This document shows, one piece after another, positions 26,730 to 32,467 of a stretch of 32,467 bases of DNA (its first letter is position 1; each line of letters starts with the position of its first letter). The notes under the pieces were generated by a model that had not been told where the DNA came from, searched no databases, and saw only the letters and a list, made by a program, of their open reading frames with translations. Position numbers and translations under genes: made by a program. The stretch comes from a virus, in the IMG/VR virus record IMGVR_UViG_3300045988_047216, positions 1 through 32,467 of that record; one strand, written 5' to 3'.

Positions 26730-27281
26730 ATGACATGTATTAAAAATTTAAACGGAAACAGAACTATGCCTTGTGGAGCATCAACGGTAAATTTTTTAAA
26801 TTCTCCAAAAGGTGCTAAAGTGATTAATGCTCAACATATATCGAGTTATACAACTTCATCTAACTACGCTACTATTACAAGAACAGCGGGCGCACCCGCA
26901 GCAGCTATTCTTGAAACTGCTAATAATTCATTAATCGTTAATGTAGCTCTGAAAGGCGGAGAAATGTATCAGCAGCTTTGGGATGTATCAATAGAGTTTT
27001 CACTTTTCCAAGGAACTATATTATCTGACCCTTTAGGCGCGGCAGATGGCTCAGGAGCTAACGCACAATGCGTATTTGCAGTAGATCACGGAAACGGCCT
27101 GTACCGCGTGTATGGACTTGGTGCGCCTTTAGACTGTTTATCAATCGAGGGTGCGAGCAACGGCAATGGGTATTTACGAACAACGTTTGGCGTTGAGGAC
27201 TGGCAAACGGGTACTACTATCTATACGCTTGATAAAGCTTCTTATGATGCTCTATCAAACCCTGTACCTGGGGGGGGGTGA
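26730..27281 (+). CDS. structural-module paralog 3 of 3, ending in a G9 tract
   Basis: Contains MTCIKNLNGNRTMPC and LYRVYGLGAPL. It is preceded by AAAGGAG 10 nt upstream of the ATG. It ends ...PVPGGG-TGA, with the stop directly after the G run. Confidence 0.6.
   Translation: MTCIKNLNGNRTMPCGASTVNFLNSPKGAKVINAQHISSYTTSSNYATITRTAGAPAAAILETANNSLIVNVALKGGEMYQQLWDVSIEFSLFQGTILSDPLGAADGSGANAQCVFAVDHGNGLYRVYGLGAPLDCLSIEGASNGNGYLRTTFGVEDWQTGTTIYTLDKASYDALSNPVPGGG
27270..27278 (+). other. G9 homopolymer tract (candidate slippage or phase-variation site, or a homopolymer length error)
   Basis: Nine consecutive G read directly. The frame-0 stop TGA is at 27279-27281. Confidence 0.9.
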
Positions 27282-27412
27282 CACCGAGTCCTGACCCTAC
27301 ACCCGATACGCCATCTGGCGGTGGGTCTACCCAAAAAGAATGCGATGGGTCTGGCATCTTATCAGATGGGACGAAGTGTCCCGGCTGCATAATGTGCGAC
27401 CCATTAGGTTAA
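27278..27412 (+). CDS. -1 frame continuation of 26730-27281 (or an independent GTG-started 44-aa ORF)
   Basis: The hand-read -1 frame is VTPSPDPTPDTPSGGGSTQKECDGSGILSDGTKCPGCIMCDPLG-stop. This frame is open from 27248. It has no in-frame ATG before 27392. One extra G in the tract would fuse it to the upstream ORF. Confidence 0.3.
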   Translation: MTPSPDPTPDTPSGGGSTQKECDGSGILSDGTKCPGCIMCDPLG

Positions 27413-27434
27413 TAATCTTATAAACAACTTTATA

Positions 27435-27806
27435 ATGGCAACAAAGAAAACAACGGCAGTAGCCGATACCGAGAACGAAGTAACAACGGCAGTAGTGGAA
27501 GAACCCACTACACCCGTAGAACTTAATACACAGGAGGAAAAGATAGAGGCGTATTTCAAATATACGGGTCTAAAACTCGATACCAATTGCCACATGGATA
27601 TGGAGTATCTACATTTGTGGTATGTAGAAAAGTATCTGACAGGCAAAGTGTATAAGTGGGCAATGAGACCCGGTGCGCGTATCGTTCACTACGTGGACGG
27701 AGTGATTTACAAGTCGGCCAACATGACGGACGAAATTGCTGAACGACTGATGAAAGAAAATCCTGCCTATGCAGAACAGTTTGTTAACATTTTAGAAAAG
27801 AAATAA
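27435..27806 (+). CDS. hypothetical protein
   Basis: ORF on the coding strand ending 2 nt before the portal-like gene. No motif recognised. Confidence 0.55.
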   Translation: MATKKTTAVADTENEVTTAVVEEPTTPVELNTQEEKIEAYFKYTGLKLDTNCHMDMEYLHLWYVEKYLTGKVYKWAMRPGARIVHYVDGVIYKSANMTDEIAERLMKENPAYAEQFVNILEKK

Positions 27807-27808
27807 TT

Positions 27809-28966
27809 ATGATAGGATTCAACCGCTGCAAGCTCATTGTTGAACGAGCGCTGAAAATAACCGCTAATACTGGCGAGAAAACCGTAACATACGGTGAAAA
27901 CAACCTATACCCGCAGGAAATCGCGGAACTTATATATGCGTCCAAAACAGCGAGCGCGGCGGTTGAAAAAATGACCGAGAACATTATATGCGAGGGATTT
28001 AAGAACAAAGACTTTGCAGAGAAAACGAACGGTAACGGATACAATATGAATGACGTATTGGAGGCTACCGCAAACGATGTGTCACGTTTCAAAGGCTGGG
28101 CATGGATAGTCCAGTACGGCATTGTGCCGGGCGGATATAAACCCGTAAGCATTTACAACGTTCCGTTCGAGTATGTTCGCGCAGTTCTCCATCCTAACTA
28201 TGCTAAAGACCCGACCGTTAAGGAATGGAGGGTCTTTAACAACTGGACAAGGGATAATGTCAAGGCAACTAATGTGTTTGAGAACTCGACCGTTTACCCG
28301 ACTTATGACCCGGATAATTTCGCGGCAGAAGTAGAGGACGTAGGCGGAATAGAAAACCACAAAGGACAGCTTTTATATATCAACCTCGGTACTACTCGGC
28401 CATACCCATTAAGCCCGTTCCATGCTGTCCGTAACGAGATGGGCGCGGAAGACAAAAACGGAAGATACGTTAACAGAACGTTAGGCCGTGGTTTTCACAT
28501 GTGCTCAATCGTATCGCACGGAGACTTTGAAAACGAACAGGCGCAGGAAGATTTCCGCAATACACTGTCTGATATGATGGGTAGCGAAAATGCAGGCTCT
28601 GTTTTGGCTGTAAGAGATGAAAACGTAGGCACGGATAAACCGTTTATCAAAGTAGATCAGTTAGGTTCTCCGATTGACAGGGAATTATACAAGGCTTATG
28701 TAGAGCCTTTGCGCAAAGACATTGCCATAGCTGCCTACAATATACCTCTACCGCTTATTGACAGTTCACTGTTGACGTTTTCGAACGCCTCAGGTGAAGT
28801 TATTAAGGAGCTACAGAAAGTCTATCGTAACAGCCTTGCAAAGGTGCGTTATCGCATATCAAGAGAGTTGTTCCAAATATTCGATTTAGACCCTACTATC
28901 ACAGAAATTAAAAATAAATTTGATGAATATGTCGTACCCAATAGCACTATTCCGGCAGTTATTTGA
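27809..28966 (+). CDS. portal protein candidate (small, PBSX/P2 gpQ-like size class)
   Basis: It is the only remaining virion ORF of suitable size (385 aa). The N-terminal YGENNLYPQEIAELIYASKTASAAVEKMTENIICEGF resembles the conserved N-terminal segment of PBSX-family portals as I recall it. Not verified. Confidence 0.5.
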   Translation: MIGFNRCKLIVERALKITANTGEKTVTYGENNLYPQEIAELIYASKTASAAVEKMTENIICEGFKNKDFAEKTNGNGYNMNDVLEATANDVSRFKGWAWIVQYGIVPGGYKPVSIYNVPFEYVRAVLHPNYAKDPTVKEWRVFNNWTRDNVKATNVFENSTVYPTYDPDNFAAEVEDVGGIENHKGQLLYINLGTTRPYPLSPFHAVRNEMGAEDKNGRYVNRTLGRGFHMCSIVSHGDFENEQAQEDFRNTLSDMMGSENAGSVLAVRDENVGTDKPFIKVDQLGSPIDRELYKAYVEPLRKDIAIAAYNIPLPLIDSSLLTFSNASGEVIKELQKVYRNSLAKVRYRISRELFQIFDLDPTITEIKNKFDEYVVPNSTIPAVI

Positions 28967-29360
28967 AATCGCTGCTGATGTTAAGGATAATAAGATAGAG
29001 AAAGCCTTTTTCGAGGCTGATCTACTCGATATCCTGCCCCAAACGGATTTAATGTACAATGCTATACCAGCATTGTACAAACCTGATGGCGATGATTATG
29101 CAGGTGCGGAAAAAGTTATCTGCTACTATGCGTTCGCTCGTTATCTGCAAATCGCAGACCAGAACAGTACTACTACAGGCATTAAGATTCAAACTTATGG
29201 CGGTTCTATGGTAGTACCAGACACGAGTAAGAACAAAAGGTTTGAGGCAGAACGGCAGAAAGCAAACCTTTTTATTGAACCGTTAATCTGTAAGATGAAG
29301 AAAGACGGCATTATCAAGTCATGTACGGTATTGAATACCCGCATAGGGTTAATCAAGTAA
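28923..29360 (+). CDS. hypothetical protein (head-completion/adaptor candidate by position)
   Basis: The ORF overlaps the portal 3' end. The first ATG is at 28923 (the track begins at TTG 28920). Confidence 0.5.
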   Translation: MNMSYPIALFRQLFEIAADVKDNKIEKAFFEADLLDILPQTDLMYNAIPALYKPDGDDYAGAEKVICYYAFARYLQIADQNSTTTGIKIQTYGGSMVVPDTSKNKRFEAERQKANLFIEPLICKMKKDGIIKSCTVLNTRIGLIK

Positions 29361-29833
29361 TGGAGTATATCGAAACTTATTTCCGAACGTTTTTCGCCGT
29401 TACCGTTCTGACGGTTGTTTCGGATGTTAAGGACTTTATATTCTTGGTTGTTCTGGTTACGATTCTTAATTGGTTGGCCGGGTATATGGCCGACCGTAAA
29501 AAGGGAGAGAAGTACCAACATAAAAAGACTATGCAGGCGGTTAAGGAATTATGCCTTACTAACGCAGTGTTGTTCTTTGTGGCTCTAACGTGTTCAATGT
29601 TAGAACCTACGATTGATTACAAGCTGATTATAAAAGCCCTAACGGGCATTTTCCTAATAATCTATGCCCGTAACATTACAAAGAACCTACGTATTATACA
29701 ACCGTCCAATGAGTTCATACGAGTACTTAACGCGATAGCGAATAGCAAGTATTTCCAGATGAAAAAGAAGATAAAGGACGGCGAGTTTGAATTACCTAAT
29801 AAAAAGAAAGAAGAAGATGGCACAGGCGAGTAA
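29360..29833 (+). CDS. holin candidate
   Basis: TAATG overlap start (MEYIETYF). There are three or four hydrophobic helices (FFAVTVLTVV, FIFLVVLVTILNWLAGY, AVLFFVALTCSML, LTGIFLIIYA) and a charged C-terminal tail. It lies immediately upstream of the endolysin and overlaps it. Confidence 0.55.
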   Translation: MEYIETYFRTFFAVTVLTVVSDVKDFIFLVVLVTILNWLAGYMADRKKGEKYQHKKTMQAVKELCLTNAVLFFVALTCSMLEPTIDYKLIIKALTGIFLIIYARNITKNLRIIQPSNEFIRVLNAIANSKYFQMKKKIKDGEFELPNKKKEEDGTGE

Positions 29834-30332
29834 ATTGGTTCCGTTCATTCTGAGATGGGAGGGCGGTTTTGTAAATGACTCGGACGATTTAGGCGGGGCG
29901 ACGAACAAAGGTATAACGATGGGTACATTCGAGGCTTATTGCCGGAAGAAAGGATACCCGAAACCGACTGTTGAAAGGCTTAAAAACATCACCGATGCCG
30001 ACTGGTACGAGATATTCAAGACTTTATATTGGGACAGGTGGAAAGCCGATGAGATAAAAAGTCAGGCAGTTGCAAACATCCTCGTAGACTGGGTTTGGGC
30101 GTCTGGTGTACATGGCATCAAAAGACCTCAAAGGATACTCGGTGTAGCCGTTGACGGTCTCGTAGGTAAAGTTACAATGTCGTATCTGAACATTGCCGAC
30201 CCTAAACGCCTGTTTGAGGCTATTAAGGCAGACCGTATTAAGTTCATAGACGAGATTTGCAAGGCACGCCCGAAAAACGAGAAGTACCGCAAAGGATGGC
30301 TTAACCGAATTAACGCGATTACTTATGAATAA
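29817..30332 (+). CDS. endolysin, glycoside hydrolase family 108 with C-terminal PG_binding_3-like domain
   Basis: FILRWEGGFVNDSDDLGGATNKGIT is the GH108 signature, including the catalytic EGG. The C-terminal VDGLVGKVTMSYLN matches the peptidoglycan-binding motif. I chose in-frame ATG 29817 (MAQASK) rather than the track start at 29787. Confidence 0.85.
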   Translation: MAQASKLVPFILRWEGGFVNDSDDLGGATNKGITMGTFEAYCRKKGYPKPTVERLKNITDADWYEIFKTLYWDRWKADEIKSQAVANILVDWVWASGVHGIKRPQRILGVAVDGLVGKVTMSYLNIADPKRLFEAIKADRIKFIDEICKARPKNEKYRKGWLNRINAITYE

Positions 30333-30903
30333 ATGGCAGAAAGCATTTCTATTCGCTACCATATTGGTTATTGTGCTCGGCGTGATAGGCAAGTTAGTGG
30401 ATAAGATAAGAGAACAGGCGGTTGAACTGGAACTCAGGGAGCGAACAGTTACCGCCTTACAAGCCGCCGAGAAAACGTACCTTACTAAACTCGGTGATGC
30501 CGCCGTAAAACGACAGGTATTGGAGCTTTCAGAGAAAGAATTGCGCAAAAGTAATGCTGACCTGCATAAAGAGATAAAAGCTTTGAATATACGAGTAAAA
30601 GATGCACTGTCAGCGACTAAAACAATCACCAAAACAATAGTAGACGAGCGTGTCCGTGTAGACACGGTAAATAATGTCATACTGGCCGAGCATAAGGATG
30701 CGTGGAATATCATCCGTTCCGAACAGGTCGGGGATTCAGCCCGGCTTTATTACGAGGGAAGAGATTCGATAGTAGGGGTTATATCCGTCCGAAAGAAACG
30801 TTTCCTGTTTTTCCGATGGGGAGTTAAGGCCGTGGAGTATGACCTATCAAACAAGAACCCGAAAACCCGCATTAATATAGATATAGCCGTCAAATTCAAG
30901 TGA
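30325..30903 (+). CDS. spanin-like / lysis accessory protein (N-terminal TM anchor plus coiled coil)
   Basis: It overlaps the endolysin stop. AFLFATILVIVLGVIGKLV is a single N-terminal TM helix, followed by a charged helical region. The function is inferred from position and architecture. Confidence 0.4.
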   Translation: MNKWQKAFLFATILVIVLGVIGKLVDKIREQAVELELRERTVTALQAAEKTYLTKLGDAAVKRQVLELSEKELRKSNADLHKEIKALNIRVKDALSATKTITKTIVDERVRVDTVNNVILAEHKDAWNIIRSEQVGDSARLYYEGRDSIVGVISVRKKRFLFFRWGVKAVEYDLSNKNPKTRINIDIAVKFK

Positions 30904-30931
30904 TTTTGGCGGCTATATGCCGTTATATAAT

Positions 30932-31405
30932 AAATGTTTACGTTATTTTATTTACAACCCGAAAATCTGTCACACGTAACTCTTTTATATATAAGATGTT
31001 AGATTTATGTGAAATTAGCTTTGTCACGGATAACTAACTGTCCTACAGTGTTTTAGCCAAAATAGAAAAATGTTGATGTCACAAGCTTGTCACACCATTT
31101 GTAACGTATAACTCATTGATACATACCTATTTATATCTATTGTGACAGTTTTATATATAAATAGTAAAGACTTACAAAGAAATATCATATAACAATTAGT
31201 TATAGCATTATAACCAAAAGTTATTGCAAAAACAGTGTTTTTCCAAAATAAGTATAAGGGGATTTTAGACCGATTTTTGTCACACTCGATTCAAGTGTTT
31301 GATTCACAGTCAGTTATGTGACTAATTTTATGTTACATTAACAATTTAGTTTGTCACACTAAAAATCTTTTCCCTTGACTTATAGGTAGTTAGGTGTGAC
31401 AAACG
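30932..31405 (+). repeat. non-coding module copy B: diverged direct repeat of 14059-14535
   Basis: TGTCAC lies at 30968, 31022, 31077, 31088, 31278 and 31352. GTGACA lies at 31142, 31396 and 31408. Blocks are identical or nearly identical to copy A (25/25, 19/19, 39/40, 25/25). No credible ORF. Confidence 0.85.
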
Positions 31406-31459
31406 GTGTGACACTGTTAAACCTTGTTAATGAAATGTACAACCTATCGTTTTAATCCC

Positions 31460-31467
31460 TATATTTG
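31460..31467 (+). promoter_or_regulatory. Bacteroidota-type -7 box TATATTTG
   Basis: Exact TAnnTTTG match 28 nt upstream of ATG 31495, the first gene after the long non-coding gap. Confidence 0.55.
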
Positions 31468-31494
31468 CACCATAACAATTAAATAATAAAATGT

Positions 31495-31725
31495 ATGAGA
31501 GCAAAAATCAGTATTTACGACTTCTCTTTTACACTTGTGGGATACGGACGATATGCCGTAGAGTACACAAGCCCGGTAACAGGCAGGAAATGGAGTAACC
31601 ATGTAACAAACATGGAACTCATAGATGCAACCAAGAATTCGGATTCTCCGAAAATAAAAGACTTAAACGCGCTAAAGTTCGTATGCAAGCAAGGATATTA
31701 TGGTATTAACTATATAAACGGATAG
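31495..31725 (+). CDS. hypothetical early protein
   Basis: It is the first ORF downstream of the promoter-like box. No motif recognised. Confidence 0.55.
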   Translation: MRAKISIYDFSFTLVGYGRYAVEYTSPVTGRKWSNHVTNMELIDATKNSDSPKIKDLNALKFVCKQGYYGINYING

Positions 31726-31727
31726 AT

Positions 31728-32006
31728 ATGAAAAAGCTGAAAAACGAAATGGCCGCTATAATTGAGCGTGATAGCTTAATGTACGCAACGCCCAATGGCA
31801 ATATGGTTATTTGCGAGACTATCAACGGTAAGTATGAATTTCCGGCCAATATGACAGAAGAGATTCTGAGACGAGCCGAGGACATGAGAGCCACGCCCAA
31901 AATCAATCTTATGGATACGTCTAACAGAACACAAGCGTGTTTGCTATATATGAGGGATAATCCGCGCTTTTTTGGGTATCTTATTACTTATCGAAAAATC
32001 AATTGA
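31728..32006 (+). CDS. hypothetical early protein
   Basis: It starts 2 nt after the upstream stop. No motif recognised. Confidence 0.55.
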   Translation: MKKLKNEMAAIIERDSLMYATPNGNMVICETINGKYEFPANMTEEILRRAEDMRATPKINLMDTSNRTQACLLYMRDNPRFFGYLITYRKIN

Positions 32007-32217
32007 ACTAACACAGTCCCGGTATGTTGGAAAAGTGAATATAAACGATATAGTCAGCAAGCTTGTTAAGCTAAACAAAGATTATAAGCCTCATTTTAGA
32101 TATACGAATATGGGTTGGATGGCATACGATTCTAACAATAGGTTTGTGCCTATTAAAACATATCTCGACTTACTTCCTATCGTGCCTAAAGCGTGGATTA
32201 AAGATATCAAACTCTAA
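31972..32217 (+). CDS. hypothetical early protein (start uncertain)
   Basis: The open frame has only a TTG at 31972 and a GTG near 32037 as plausible starts. There is no in-frame ATG near the 5' end. Confidence 0.4.
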   Translation: MGILLLIEKSIELTQSRYVGKVNINDIVSKLVKLNKDYKPHFRYTNMGWMAYDSNNRFVPIKTYLDLLPIVPKAWIKDIKL

Positions 32218-32228
32218 ATAGTTAAATT

Positions 32229-32467
32229 ATGAAATTCAAAGTATTCGCATTAGATTTCGACTCAAGCAACGCAGATGATGTTGCTTTCGTAAACAAAACC
32301 ATCAAAGACTTGTTTTCGTCTTCCGAGACGGACGATTGTACAGTAACCGAGGTAACTGCATCCGCGACAGTAGAAAAGCCCGCGGACGCGCCTAAAACGA
32401 CTCGTGCACCGCGAAAACCTAAAGTAGCACAGGAGCAGCCTGTCGAGCAGCCTGTCGAGCAGCCTGT
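32229..32467 (+). CDS. hypothetical protein, 5' part of the ORF that wraps the junction (continues at 56-284 after overlap removal)
   Basis: The ORF from ATG 32229 is open to the window end. It begins MKFKVFALDFDSSNADDVAFVNK... and runs in frame into the EQPV repeat. Confidence 0.6.
   Translation, partial: MKFKVFALDFDSSNADDVAFVNKTIKDLFSSSETDDCTVTEVTASATVEKPADAPKTTRAPRKPKVAQEQPVEQPVEQP
32413..32467 (+). repeat. 55-nt terminal overlap identical to 1-55 (circular contig closure)
   Basis: Direct comparison shows all 55 nt are identical. The overlap consists of 20 nt of unique sequence followed by 35 nt of the 12-bp tandem array. Confidence 0.95.

Noticed and set aside
30024-30713. A 229-aa ORF on the minus strand, antisense to the endolysin and spanin-like genes
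   Set aside because: It overlaps the GH108 endolysin, which has a clear signature. Its Ser/Thr/Val-rich composition is typical of an antisense frame. No start context or motif supports it.
1-32467. A lysogeny module (integrase, CI/Cro-like repressor, attP), tRNA genes, or a reverse transcriptase/DGR
   Set aside because: I scanned all the track ORFs. None shows tyrosine or serine recombinase motifs, an obvious repressor pair on a divergent strand, or RT motifs (YxDD). I saw no cloverleaf-like tRNA in the intergenic gaps. This absence is judged by eye and could be overturned by profile searches.

Overview
The window is a complete, circularly closed genome of a tailed dsDNA phage. The last 55 nt (32413-32467) are identical to the first 55 nt, which gives a 32,412-bp unit. 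All credible genes lie on the + strand. A Bacteroidota host is inferred from three things: seven intergenic TAnnTTTG boxes 24-70 nt upstream of start codons, the near absence of Shine-Dalgarno sequences, and a lipoprotein with an acidic motif after its Cys.

The genome has two arms.
- Early/replication arm (31495, through the junction, to 13867): small ORFs, a Cas4-like DUF2800 nuclease, a DUF2815 SSB-like protein, a metallophosphoesterase, a family A DNA polymerase, an AEP-primase/VirE-type helicase, a VRR-NUC nuclease and an SNF2 helicase.
- Late arm (14765-30903): TerS, TerL, virion/tail proteins, a tape-measure-like protein, a GPO-like scaffold/protease, the major capsid protein, three tandem paralogs, a portal-like protein, a holin, a GH108 endolysin and a spanin-like protein.

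I recognised no integrase, repressor, tRNA, CRISPR array or reverse transcriptase.

The most unusual signal is non-coding. Each arm is headed by one copy of a diverged ~475-bp direct repeat (14059-14535 and 30932-31405). Both copies are packed with TGTCAC/GTGACA sites and nested inverted 13-mers, show mosaic near-identical blocks, and carry partly compensatory changes in the outer inverted arms.

Other points worth a second look:
- A G9 tract ends the third paralog, followed by a Cys-rich open frame at -1.
- A lipoprotein with its own promoter may be surface-exposed.
- A 115-aa HExxH ORF with its own promoter sits inside the structural module.
- Three dispersed small ORFs form a paralog family.

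All domain calls come from motif recognition by eye, not from searches.
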